A program made the position numbers and the translations under genes. Positions 1-9,417 of a DNA stretch of 64,000 nucleotides are shown piece by piece. The stretch comes from a virus, in the UHGV virus genome UHGV-1376660; one strand, 5' to 3'. A model generated the notes under the pieces. That model searched no databases. It saw only the letters and a list, made by a program, of their open reading frames with translations, and was not told the origin of the DNA. Position 1 is the stretch's first letter; each line of letters opens with the position of its first letter.

Positions 1-177
1 GAAGCACAAATCCGCTGCTGATCGATGAATGGCAGTTCGGCAACCGAGATGCCGTCGACAAACTGGATACCGCAGAGAATGCCCGTGTACCCCAAAAACT
101 GAGGCTCCAATAAACGAATTTTTGCTGGTTTCATTCTTCTTCTCACTTAATGGGCGGCATAGCCGCCCATGTGTTGG

Positions 178-1101
178 TTACGCAGTCGGTGCTGCGGTCA
201 CTTCAACGGTCGCAGTCGCTTTGTGGCTACCGTCTTCCGTGGTGACTTCGATAGTGGCAGTACCTGCAGCCACACCGGTAACAAGTCCAGTTGCGCTATC
301 AACTGTCGCGAACTCGGCATTTTTTGACGCCCAGGTTACGCGCTTATTGGTTGCGCCAGCCGGTTCGATGTTCGCGGTCAGCTGTACCGTTTTGTTGGCT
401 TCAACGCTGGTGGTGCTCGGATCGACAGAGACGCCAGTAACAGCAACGACAGGCTCAGTGATTTCAACCGTGGCAGTAGCTTTATGGCTGCCATCCTGCG
501 AAACCACTTCAATAGTTGCCGTACCAACGGCTACGCCAGCTACGTTACCGTTCTGGTCAACGGTCGCTTTGTCGCTATTTTTAGAAGTCCAGGTGACTTT
601 TTTATTGGTTGCGTTTGACGGCTGTACATCAACACGCAACTTGACCGATTTCCCCTTCTCAACGGTGGTAGAGTCTGGCGTTACGGTAACGGACTCCACG
701 CTGACAGGCTTAACGGTCACTTCGACTGACGCAGAAAGCTGAGTCTGCTTATCGGTGGCGGTGATCTTCACTTTGCCCGGAGTCACGCCAGTAACCAGAC
801 CCGTACCGCTGACTGTGGCGACCTGGTCATTGGCCGACGTCCAGGTGAATGAATCTGCGCTTTTGCTCATAGTGATACCTGCACTAAGTTGAACGGTTTT
901 GCCCACCAATACGGACGGCGCAGCCGGTGTAATGGTGACAGACTGAGTGAACGGAATTGCCCGGAAGCAAGCCGCAAGATGGTTCTGCTGGCGCTCGCTC
1001 AGAGGCTCGTTGGAGATGGAATTGGTGAATCCGGCACGGCACATATGCCCCGTGAAATCCGCAAACGCCTCTTCCGTGATCTTCATCTTTTGTTCTGGCA
1101 T
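178..1101 (-). CDS. Virion protein with three tandem bacterial Ig-like (Big_2) domains; possible head decoration/fibre or tail-tube-associated protein
   Basis: Repeated ~90-aa units (GTATIEVxxxDGSHKATATVEV x3, TVxLSAGITMSK) typical of Big_2; lies directly downstream of the capsid gene. Confidence 0.5.
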   Translation of the reverse strand: MPEQKMKITEEAFADFTGHMCRAGFTNSISNEPLSERQQNHLAACFRAIPFTQSVTITPAAPSVLVGKTVQLSAGITMSKSADSFTWTSANDQVATVSGTGLVTGVTPGKVKITATDKQTQLSASVEVTVKPVSVESVTVTPDSTTVEKGKSVKLRVDVQPSNATNKKVTWTSKNSDKATVDQNGNVAGVAVGTATIEVVSQDGSHKATATVEITEPVVAVTGVSVDPSTTSVEANKTVQLTANIEPAGATNKRVTWASKNAEFATVDSATGLVTGVAAGTATIEVTTEDGSHKATATVEVTAAPTA

Positions 1102-1175
1102 TTCTCGCTCCTACAAAAAGGGTGGGCGTATAGCCCACCCTTAAACGGTAGATAATTACTTACCTACTATACTAA

Positions 1176-2051
1176 TCAAATTTTTACGTTGGTCAGCGCG
1201 GCGATAGCCTTGTCGTGCTTGTTCGCCAGAGAGCAGTACCACTTAACGCGGGTACGGGTTGCGTCTTTGTTCTGAACAGTACCGATGTTCTCAACAACGA
1301 TACCGGCGTTTTCACCGCCATACAGACCAGTCACACCGTTCTCTTCGGACAGGTGCAGGCAGTAGATGCTTGCTTTGCCCGCGTCAGTCGGGATGAAGTC
1401 GTTCACGATGAACGGTACACCGTTGTGGCACAGCATCGGACGGCCGAAGTTTTCCATCATGATTTCGGACGGGCCGAGGCTAACGGTACGAAGCAGAGCG
1501 CGATAAGCACGCAGGTGCTCGGAACGCATCATGATGCAGTCTGCGCCCAGATCTTTCACCGCGTCGACCAGCTCGTCGAACATGGAGAAGGTCATGGAAG
1601 CGCCTTCGATGTCGATCTTCTGATTGTCGTGCATCAGCTTCGGAATACCGTCGAATGCTTTGGTGTTGGTGCTGGAGTCGCCCAGAATCAGGTTGCGGCG
1701 GAATGCGCGAGCCAGACCTTTCACCTTCTGACGAACCTGGATTGCCAGCTGGTTGTTGGTGTCGGACATAGTGGTCGCCAGGAATTTGTCGACGTCTACG
1801 TCGCCTGCCAGGATACGCAGTTTCGCAACGTGTTCGGTGAAGGTTGCAGCGCCTTCGGTGATGGTATCGTTCACATCAATGAAGGTTGCTTCGCTCAGGG
1901 TAGCTTCGCGGTTGTAGAGGTGTGCCTTAGAATTAATCTTCATGAAAGGCAGAACAGCGAACAGGTCATCGCGATCGATGATGGTCTCGATCACACCCTG
2001 CTCAAGTTCGTTGTTAGACAGCTTTTCAGCTTCATCACGCAGTAATGGCAT
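1176..2051 (-). CDS. Major capsid protein (HK97 fold, no delta domain)
   Basis: 291 aa; sits after portal and scaffold in the canonical head-module order; size and composition fit HK97-like MCPs. Confidence 0.65.
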   Translation of the reverse strand: MPLLRDEAEKLSNNELEQGVIETIIDRDDLFAVLPFMKINSKAHLYNREATLSEATFIDVNDTITEGAATFTEHVAKLRILAGDVDVDKFLATTMSDTNNQLAIQVRQKVKGLARAFRRNLILGDSSTNTKAFDGIPKLMHDNQKIDIEGASMTFSMFDELVDAVKDLGADCIMMRSEHLRAYRALLRTVSLGPSEIMMENFGRPMLCHNGVPFIVNDFIPTDAGKASIYCLHLSEENGVTGLYGGENAGIVVENIGTVQNKDATRTRVKWYCSLANKHDKAIAALTNVKI

Positions 2052-2077
2052 CTTTCATTTCCCTATGATTTAAGATG

Positions 2078-2968
2078 TTACTTGAGTCCGATTTTCCCCA
2101 GACCGGAGGTCAACTTATCCATAGTCGACTTGCTCTTCGGCTGGTTTACTTTGTGGGTCGGTTTGCTATTGGAACCAGCACCCTGCTTGGCTTCGCTGCG
2201 CAACAGTGCGTCAGCTTCCGGATCTGCACGCAGAATGCGCTCAATCGCGGATTCGAACGGTAACGGTTTGCCTTCACCGTCAACCAGAACTGCACGTTCT
2301 TTCTGACCGGCTGGCTTATCAAAGCCCACAACACTACCATCTTCACCCACTTCGAAATGAGAGCCGTAGATAACGCGAGCCTTAGCCGGAGTCATCAGAA
2401 CTTTGTCACGCAAGAAGGCAGAGCCGCTGAAGGAAGCGCCAACAGTCATTTCGACCAGTTGAGCCTTCAGTGCGGCGTTCTCGCTCTCCAGAGCGGAGTA
2501 GCGTTCGTCGCGCTGTGCCAGTTCAGCCAGGTGCGCTTCGATCATCTGCTTTTTCACAGCATCGAACTCACCACGGCGTTCCAGTTCAGCCTGCTCCGCC
2601 TCCCGACGTGCGGTTTCTGCGGCTTGTTCAGCTTCGAGAAGCTGGCGAGCACGCGCCGGGTCAATATCTCCGTACTGAGCCAGCTGATCGGCCAATGTGC
2701 GCTCTTTCTCTTTGCGCTTCATGTTCTCTTTCAGCAAGTCAGCACCGGCTTTCTTGGACTTACGCAGTTCTGCCAGCAACTCTTCCTGAGTCATACCGGC
2801 ATACTCGTCGTCGTCACCCTTCGGTTGCTCTTTTTGCTCGCCCTGTTTGCCTGGGTCTTGATTGCCCTGCTCGTTGTCTCCAGCAGGAGCACCAGCACCT
2901 CCGCGCTCATGCGCTTCAGCTACATCCATCAGGCCACGACGGGCCATAAGCATTTGCCACAGATTCAT
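2078..2968 (-). CDS. Head scaffolding protein
   Basis: Highly charged, coiled-coil-rich 296-aa protein (EAEQAAETARREAEQAELERR) between portal and MCP. Confidence 0.55.
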   Translation of the reverse strand: MNLWQMLMARRGLMDVAEAHERGGAGAPAGDNEQGNQDPGKQGEQKEQPKGDDDEYAGMTQEELLAELRKSKKAGADLLKENMKRKEKERTLADQLAQYGDIDPARARQLLEAEQAAETARREAEQAELERRGEFDAVKKQMIEAHLAELAQRDERYSALESENAALKAQLVEMTVGASFSGSAFLRDKVLMTPAKARVIYGSHFEVGEDGSVVGFDKPAGQKERAVLVDGEGKPLPFESAIERILRADPEADALLRSEAKQGAGSNSKPTHKVNQPKSKSTMDKLTSGLGKIGLK

Positions 2969-2990
2969 AGAAATTCCTTTTCGTTACTTA

Positions 2991-4565
2991 TCACTCGGTC
3001 TCTTGAGTAGATGAGTCCCCATTCCCTCGGGGTTGATCTTGCCCGCTTTCTTGGGCTATACCTCGATCATAAGTAAGTGCTGACTTATTTTCAAGAGTGT
3101 TAAGATCATTTTTTGGAGGAAATTTCAAGAGATCTTTTTGAAATTCCTTTTGCATCGACTCGGAAATGTTCGGGAAGACCTTCTCGATGAGCATTTCCAT
3201 CTGATGACGACGCACAGAATCAGGCGCCTGGAGCAGCGACAGTTTCTCAGCAACGGCGAACTCGTCAGTCAGACCGCGAATGTCGAAACTTTCCGGGTAC
3301 GCGATCAGAGAGTGGTCTTCATCCAGTTCGACACCCATCCATTTCGCTGCCAGCTGCATCATCTGGCGTTCTGCCCTTTCGAGGCGCTCTGCTTTTGTCA
3401 CCAGCAGACTGTTAACGCGCTGGAAGTCGTACATCTTCGCTGCGCCCGAAGAGTTATCGATGCCCTGTGCGTTATCCTGCTTGGTTCGCTCACCTGCCAC
3501 ACCAACGGAATGGTAGATCTCGTTAATCACCGTCTTAATCGTGGTGATGATCATCTGAGCCTGTTTCGGGTCTGGAGACAGGTAGAATGGCTGATTACCG
3601 CTCTCAGAATCGAAGGTGAAGACGCGTTTTGTCCCCATTTCGAGCACTTTGGTGTGGTTTTCATCGCCCGGCAGCAATGACTGAACCGGGATCGCCAGCT
3701 GGCTGAATGTCTGATCCTGAATAATCGCGTCAAGGTTCGACAGGTAGTTGGCCACGGCGCGGTCAAGATAGGCGATATCATCAATCAACGACGGGCTGAA
3801 ATACGGAGACTCGCTTTCGCCAATGCAATCCACCGGAAACACCGGCACCACGCCAAGATTATGCTGGCCGCTATCCTCCAGAACGACTTTGGCCTGACGA
3901 CGACCGCTATTTCCGGAACCTTTCTTCACTTCTTCACGGAAGAGATACCACTCGTTTTGCGTCCACAGACGGTAACGCTGGTATTCCTGCCCGGTTGACG
4001 TGAACGGATCTTCGTCGTCGCGCGCGATTTCAACAATCAGCGCCCACAACATATTGCCGTCTTCATCCCAGGCAACATCAAGCAGCTGCTGCGGCGAAAT
4101 CCAGTAAGCGTAGGCACGCGCATCATTTTTCTTCTCGTCTGCAACAGACTCAACATCGACGTTCATGGTGCTGTCCACGACAACCCAGATACGGCCATAA
4201 ATGGATGATTGCAGATCGATAGCCGCCATAAACGCATCGATGGAGGCGTTCTGGCGCGTGGCTCGCTTCCAGAAATTGCGGATCTGCTCCGGTGCTTCAT
4301 CAGTGTTGCGGTGAATGACCTCTTTGAAGAGGTATTTGTTGATGAGGTTTACCACTTCGCGCGTATGGTTGAAGCGATAAGCGCGTTCCAGGCGCTCTTT
4401 GAACTCCTGATCGCCCTCTTTGAAGTAACGGAAGATATTGTCGTTGAACCAGGCACGCCCGCCAGCGTAGGTGCTGGCGAGGAAGTCCCAATGTTCTTTT
4501 TTCTTCTCATATTCAGGGTGGCGTCGTGCCACAAGGTCTTTGATTTGCTTGTCAGTCAATTCCAT
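2991..4565 (-). CDS. Portal protein
   Basis: 524 aa, immediately downstream of terminase large subunit; size and position typical of portal. Confidence 0.7.
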   Translation of the reverse strand: MELTDKQIKDLVARRHPEYEKKKEHWDFLASTYAGGRAWFNDNIFRYFKEGDQEFKERLERAYRFNHTREVVNLINKYLFKEVIHRNTDEAPEQIRNFWKRATRQNASIDAFMAAIDLQSSIYGRIWVVVDSTMNVDVESVADEKKNDARAYAYWISPQQLLDVAWDEDGNMLWALIVEIARDDEDPFTSTGQEYQRYRLWTQNEWYLFREEVKKGSGNSGRRQAKVVLEDSGQHNLGVVPVFPVDCIGESESPYFSPSLIDDIAYLDRAVANYLSNLDAIIQDQTFSQLAIPVQSLLPGDENHTKVLEMGTKRVFTFDSESGNQPFYLSPDPKQAQMIITTIKTVINEIYHSVGVAGERTKQDNAQGIDNSSGAAKMYDFQRVNSLLVTKAERLERAERQMMQLAAKWMGVELDEDHSLIAYPESFDIRGLTDEFAVAEKLSLLQAPDSVRRHQMEMLIEKVFPNISESMQKEFQKDLLKFPPKNDLNTLENKSALTYDRGIAQESGQDQPRGNGDSSTQETE

Positions 4566-4598
4566 TTGCTTTTCCTTTCCGTTTAGGTAAGTACTTAC

Positions 4599-5855
4599 CT
4601 ATCTAGATCCGCCAAGAATAACACGATTTTTCACCGGATACCTACGATGAACCGGATAACCCAACGCATCCGCACTGTGTTCGATGCCGCCAGTCTTATC
4701 CATATCGCGTGAGCCTGGCTTGTAGATCACCTTCTCCAGCGAGTCGATGAGGTGTTTGCACTTCGGATCGATGTACAACCGTGTTTCGCCCGAGGCACTC
4801 ATCAACATGCGGTTCACTGCATTCACACGGTCTGCGATCGGCGGGTGCTTCTTCGGATAATCGACTCGAAGGAAACCTTTTTCCTTGAAGATATCGACGT
4901 CCGATTCGCCGCGTGCGTGCTGGCGATACGCACCAGCCGGGTCAGGGAAGATAGTGACCAGAGACTTCCAGCGCCAGAAACGGCGCTCCAGCTCATCACA
5001 CACTTCAGCCGTGTTGGAAGAGAACAGCACAACCTCGTCCACGGCCCACAACTCGCCATTTGGCTGCGGCTGCAGGATGACCGATGACATAGGGTCGATG
5101 TTGAAGTCCTGACCAACCCAGATCGGCAGTTTCGGATTGAACTGGAGTGGCTTCACATGCACATTGCGGTCGAACGGGTAGTAAACGCGTCCGGACATGT
5201 TTTCGAAGCTGGCCAGGTATTCCTGTGCGAACGATTTAGGGTCCATATCGTTCTTCGCTGCTTCGATTTCCGCGCTCGGTACGAACGGAGAATCAGCCGT
5301 AACGAACTGCCAGCTTTTCCACTGCCCCTTGCGTTGCAAATCTTTGTTCTGACCGATAGTCCACAGCTTGTGGAACTCGGAGAAGCCTTTTGGCGTACCG
5401 ATGATCAGCGCACCGCCACGGGTAGAGGACAGTGTCGGACGTAGTACCTTGTACCAGGTGTCCGGCTTCATATCCTGAAATTCATCGAGCACCACAAAGT
5501 GCAGTGCCACACCACGAAGCGTATCGGGCTTATCCGCACCTTTCAGCGCGATTTCAGAGCCGTTCTTCAGCACGATGGTCATCGTGGTGTCGTTTTTCTT
5601 ACGAACCCATTTACGAGGCAGAACTTCCTGCAGGTCATCCCACAAGATCTGGCGAGCCATCTGGTAAGTCGGTGCGACGTACCAGACACGTTGCTTTTTC
5701 TCTTTGGCTGCCGCGCGGATGATGGTGGAGATCGACAACCGGGATTTACCCCAGCGTCGACCCGCACACACCACTTTGAAACGATGTGGCGACTGGAAGA
5801 CTTGCATCTGCCCAGAATGCAGCTGTACGAGACTCAGAGACGACGGGATGGCCAT
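4599..5855 (-). CDS. terL: Terminase large subunit
   Basis: Walker A-like VVCAGRRWGKS near the N-terminus; 418 aa with C-terminal nuclease-like region; follows a small HTH protein. Confidence 0.85.
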   Translation of the reverse strand: MAIPSSLSLVQLHSGQMQVFQSPHRFKVVCAGRRWGKSRLSISTIIRAAAKEKKQRVWYVAPTYQMARQILWDDLQEVLPRKWVRKKNDTTMTIVLKNGSEIALKGADKPDTLRGVALHFVVLDEFQDMKPDTWYKVLRPTLSSTRGGALIIGTPKGFSEFHKLWTIGQNKDLQRKGQWKSWQFVTADSPFVPSAEIEAAKNDMDPKSFAQEYLASFENMSGRVYYPFDRNVHVKPLQFNPKLPIWVGQDFNIDPMSSVILQPQPNGELWAVDEVVLFSSNTAEVCDELERRFWRWKSLVTIFPDPAGAYRQHARGESDVDIFKEKGFLRVDYPKKHPPIADRVNAVNRMLMSASGETRLYIDPKCKHLIDSLEKVIYKPGSRDMDKTGGIEHSADALGYPVHRRYPVKNRVILGGSR

Positions 5856-5857
5856 AG

Positions 5858-6499
5858 TTAGACGCTCCCATCACTTTCATCACCAGACGCGTCAGAATCG
5901 CCCTCTGCTTCGCTCAGTGCTTCCTCTTCGAGTGACTCAAGCAGATCGTCATCAATCAGATCCGGCTCATCATCTTCCTTACGCAGCTGCGCCACCTGGG
6001 AAGGCGTAAGTTCGCCAAATACCAGGTTCGGGATTTCGTCTTCTTCGTTCTCAGCGCGATCCATACCGAGCGCTTTCGAGGATATTTCGAAGCACTTAGC
6101 GAGTGTGCCGCTGGCACGCTGGAGACTCTTCAGGTCATCTTCGATGGTTGCGAGTGGCTTGCCGTCCTTCTTGGCTGTGGCCACCTCATGCATCACCATC
6201 CGACCGAGTGCGAATGCCCAATCGTCGTAACGAGTCCGGCGCTCTTCGATTTTCTCTGCACGCGCCTTCGCACGCAGCTCTGCGTCGGATTTGAGCGACT
6301 CGCGCACCATCTTCCCAACGGAGTCCGCGCCTTTCTCTAATCCACGCTTTTTGAAATGTCTGGAGAGCGTTTCACGACGAATGCCGTACTCTTCCTCCAG
6401 CTTGGAGAGTGTGTATTCGCCGGAAGTCCACTTTGCTTCGGCTTCTGCCCACTCAGCTGGCGTCAGGCGAGTTTTGCTCTCGTCTTTTTCTACAGTCAT
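5858..6499 (-). CDS. terS: Terminase small subunit (HTH DNA-binding)
   Basis: 213 aa; N-terminal HTH-like YGIRRETLSRHFKKRG; acidic C-terminus; immediately upstream of terL. Confidence 0.6.
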   Translation of the reverse strand: MTVEKDESKTRLTPAEWAEAEAKWTSGEYTLSKLEEEYGIRRETLSRHFKKRGLEKGADSVGKMVRESLKSDAELRAKARAEKIEERRTRYDDWAFALGRMVMHEVATAKKDGKPLATIEDDLKSLQRASGTLAKCFEISSKALGMDRAENEEDEIPNLVFGELTPSQVAQLRKEDDEPDLIDDDLLESLEEEALSEAEGDSDASGDESDGSV

Positions 6500-6565
6500 A
6501 GATCCCTCTAAAACACTCAGAGCGCATCCTTGCGCTCCTAAACAACTTGTTTAATTCTGTGCCTA

Positions 6566-6700
6566 ACCAATTTGTTTTCTGGGTGTTTAAAACCGGGCTG
6601 GGGAGTATTCAGAACCTGCTTCCGTATATATTTAATAAGTCACTTAGTATTTATATATACGGAAGCAGGCTCTCAAACTGGCTCCCAGACCGACTTACAT
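6566..6700 (-). promoter_or_regulatory. Sigma70-like promoter (TTGAGA-N15/17-TATAAA/TAAATA) embedded in a long AT-rich inverted repeat, upstream of terS; copy 1 of a ~90-bp repeated element
   Basis: Minus strand reads GTCTGGGAGCCAGTTTGAGAGCCTGCTTCCGTATATATAAATA...TATATACGGAAGCAGG; near-identical element at 32470-32560. Confidence 0.5.
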
Positions 6701-6961
6701 CACCAGTAATTTGGCTCTGGCACGACCTAAAGTGGTCAGTCCCAGCGTGCGACGGTGGTAGCCGGAATCACCGCGCTGGCGGCACATTCCTTTCTCCACC
6801 AGCCCCTTTTTCACCAGTGCGCGGATAGAGAACTGCATACTCTGTTTGGTCGTTTTGTACGGCAGCACTACAAGCAGCTCGTCCAGATCGAGCAGATGCC
6901 CACGCTCATGGCCTAAATTGATGGTTTTGATGATGTCTTTTTGTTTGTCGGTCAACGTCAT
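6695..6961 (-). CDS. Hypothetical small protein (possible winged-helix DNA binding)
   Basis: 88-aa ORF, basic; no recognisable catalytic motifs. Confidence 0.3.
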   Translation of the reverse strand: MTLTDKQKDIIKTINLGHERGHLLDLDELLVVLPYKTTKQSMQFSIRALVKKGLVEKGMCRQRGDSGYHRRTLGLTTLGRARAKLLVM

Positions 6962-6970
6962 GGCAAATCC

Positions 6971-7870
6971 TTATGCCGGTAATGCAATTTCAAGAGGTTT
7001 ATTCAAAGGCTGTTTGTCGAATGCCAGCAGTGGCAGCGTGTCCGGCAGCTGACGACCAAAGTCCGGGTTTCGGTACACGCCATACAGCGGAGACGTGAAG
7101 CTCAGGTTGTGAATGTCCTTGAGCAGCTTCACGATGCTGGCCTCGTCCACCAGACTGTCGGCAATGTCCTGAATCGTCGTGCCACGATTACGCCCGGCTT
7201 TGGCCAGGGAACTGTTCTTGTGGTAGTCAGCGACCAGATCACGCAGCGCACGACGACGGCGAGACTCGCTCATGGCGAACAGCTCTTTGACGATCGCTTC
7301 GTTGTCGCCAGGGTCGGAACGGAAATGACGCTGGAAGACGCGCAACGCACTCTCATAGCTCTTCGGACGCTCCGGACGGATGAACTGGAACCCTGCTTTC
7401 ATGGCGAACGGGTTGTATTTGCTCATCGACGACTGGATCTCGATGATTGGCCGGTCGTGCATCCTGCTAACCAGGTTAATCATTCGATAGGAGACGCCGA
7501 CGCCGCGGTACTGAGTGTCCACAACGGAACGGCTGATCACCGCAAAGTTGTTGTTCACGTACCGCCCCCAATACTGGTTGGCCACGGTGGTATTGGTGGT
7601 TGGCTTCAGCTTAGGAAACATGCGATGGCGAGGCGCCAGCAGCAGTTTCGGGTAAGCCATAACCACGACGCCCACCAGCCGGTCGTCCAGTTCGCAGCGA
7701 TAATACGTTGGCGCGAACGGCTTACCATCCGTCTTGTAGTGCAGCGACTTCAGCGCGTGCCAGTCTTCAACCGTACCTTTGGTAACGGTCATACGCTCCA
7801 GAAAGTCCAGATGACGCGGGAACTCTTCCGGGCGGTAGCGTTTGATGATGATGTCTGTCATGTCGATCAC
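6971..7870 (-). CDS. Hypothetical protein (weak GNAT-like QYRGVGVS motif)
   Basis: 299-aa ORF in an operon with ParB-like/ABC genes. Confidence 0.3.
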   Translation of the reverse strand: MIDMTDIIIKRYRPEEFPRHLDFLERMTVTKGTVEDWHALKSLHYKTDGKPFAPTYYRCELDDRLVGVVVMAYPKLLLAPRHRMFPKLKPTTNTTVANQYWGRYVNNNFAVISRSVVDTQYRGVGVSYRMINLVSRMHDRPIIEIQSSMSKYNPFAMKAGFQFIRPERPKSYESALRVFQRHFRSDPGDNEAIVKELFAMSESRRRRALRDLVADYHKNSSLAKAGRNRGTTIQDIADSLVDEASIVKLLKDIHNLSFTSPLYGVYRNPDFGRQLPDTLPLLAFDKQPLNKPLEIALPA

Positions 7871-8121
7871 CTGCGCTCGATATTGGCATTGATGAAGTCC
7901 AGGCGAAGCGATTCCATCGCCCCAACCATGACGTATGGACGCCCACCGTTATGCCAGCAATCCAGAACACTGCCGTCGTTGTTAATCATCAGCAGCGCCA
8001 GGCTCTGGCTTTTGCCTTCTCTGGCGTACTGGAGTGCTTCTTCCAGCAGGCGGATGACTTCAACGTTGTTGCTGTCAGCCTCTTTCGATGGCTTCAGCTC
8101 TACGATCTTCAAATCAGGCAT
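7867..8121 (-). CDS. Hypothetical protein
   Basis: 84-aa ORF, translationally coupled with neighbours. Confidence 0.3.
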   Translation of the reverse strand: MPDLKIVELKPSKEADSNNVEVIRLLEEALQYAREGKSQSLALLMINNDGSVLDCWHNGGRPYVMVGAMESLRLDFINANIERR

Positions 8122-8752
8122 ATTCCACCTTCACGCGTTCTTTGTAGTGCTTGGTGATCTGCATATCCGGGCGCAGCGCGTTCTTCAGGTCTTCGTGGGT
8201 CGTCGCCACCATTACCGTCGCACCAACCTTACGGGCGGCACGCTGGAGGTTCGACGCCACAACCTGGGCGGTTACACGGTCGAGAACAGCGCCAAATTCG
8301 TCGGCTGCCCAGACTTTTGCGCCTGACTCGATCAGCTTGGCGATCTTGAGACGGTATTTCTGGCCGTCAGACATCTCGGATGGCTTGCGCACGAATAGAT
8401 AGGCGTCATTCAATCCGGCCATAGACAGCAGCCCCAGCGCTTCGCTGGTGGTTTTGCCCAGCTGGTCGATGACGTTAACCTCATTGTCGAAGGTAAAGTC
8501 ATCGATGGAGGCTACAGAAAGCCCTTCATCCTTCATCTGGCGTTGCAGCTCGCGCAGCACAACGGATTTACCGGAACCGGATTGGCCGGTGATGTACACC
8601 ACATCGCCCTGCTTCACTTCCAGCTCCAGATTGTCGTAAAGCGTCCACTCTTTTTCGTCCAGGCCAAGACCGAACGATTCGGCAATCTCCAGCGTGCGCG
8701 TGGTTTTGTTCACGCGGGTCTGAAACGATACGTTGATGGTGTATTTGCTCAT
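8114..8752 (-). CDS. Stand-alone ABC-type ATPase (nucleotide-binding domain only)
   Basis: Walker A GQSGSGKS, ABC signature MSDGQKYRL, Walker B VWAADEFG, H-loop TTHE within 212 aa. Confidence 0.7.
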   Translation of the reverse strand: MSKYTINVSFQTRVNKTTRTLEIAESFGLGLDEKEWTLYDNLELEVKQGDVVYITGQSGSGKSVVLRELQRQMKDEGLSVASIDDFTFDNEVNVIDQLGKTTSEALGLLSMAGLNDAYLFVRKPSEMSDGQKYRLKIAKLIESGAKVWAADEFGAVLDRVTAQVVASNLQRAARKVGATVMVATTHEDLKNALRPDMQITKHYKERVKVEYA

Positions 8753-9417
8753 GCAGCCAGCTCCCCAGAAGAAACTTTCTCCGCATACGCCACGAAAGCG
8801 TCTACCCCGCTCTCCCCCGTGATTTCTTCCATGTGGGCAAGCAAATCCCCAACCACAATGGCAGAGCCAGCAGGGAGCGTTTTAAAGCCCAATACGTCGA
8901 TGACGCGGACTTCTTCAGAGGCCACTTCGCGACTGATCTCGGTGTGCTCTTCTTTCTGGCGTTCCGTCTCTTCGCCCAGATCGAGCACCAGAGAGCCGGT
9001 TTCCATCTCTTCGGTCATGCTGCCGACAAGCACGTTCAGCTCGCGCTCTTCAAAACCGAAGACCTCGACGTCGCCCAGCACTAGGGATTCCAGTTCCTGC
9101 TGCAATTTGATGGCGTCGTAGTCAATACTGGCCAGGCGGTTGTCTTCCAGACGCTTCGCCTTCACTTCTTCTTCGCTCAGATCGTCGCGAACGATGACCG
9201 GCACACGCTCCAGACCAGCCAGAAGAGCCGCCTCGCAACGACCGTGGCCAGTAATGATGACGTCATGCTTGTCGACCGTGATCGGCTGGTCAAAACCGCG
9301 CTTTTTGATGGCGGCCGCCAGGTCGCGGATCTGCTGTTCGTCATGTTTTTTGGCGTTCATCTCATACGGGATGAGTTCTGCCGGGTTTCGATAGACGATT
9401 TCAAAGTTTTTGGTCAT
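8749..9417 (-). CDS. ParB/Srx-like nuclease-domain protein (paralog 2)
   Basis: ParB N-domain-like ITVDKHDVIITGHGRCEAALLAGLERVPV; probable start MTKNFEIVYRNP at 9417, overlapping the upstream stop (TAATG). Confidence 0.55.
   Translation of the reverse strand: MTKNFEIVYRNPAELIPYEMNAKKHDEQQIRDLAAAIKKRGFDQPITVDKHDVIITGHGRCEAALLAGLERVPVIVRDDLSEEEVKAKRLEDNRLASIDYDAIKLQQELESLVLGDVEVFGFEERELNVLVGSMTEEMETGSLVLDLGEETERQKEEHTEISREVASEEVRVIDVLGFKTLPAGSAIVVGDLLAHMEEITGESGVDAFVAYAEKVSSGELAA

Noticed and set aside
29-742. 237-aa plus-strand ORF
   Set aside because: Antisense to the Big_2-domain virion gene. Its low-complexity Val/Thr/Ala-rich translation is typical of a shadow frame.
1215-2045. 276-aa plus-strand ORF
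   Set aside because: Antisense shadow of the capsid gene.
7109-8326. 405-aa plus-strand ORF
   Set aside because: Overlaps three well-supported minus-strand genes. Its Arg/His-rich translation has no motifs.
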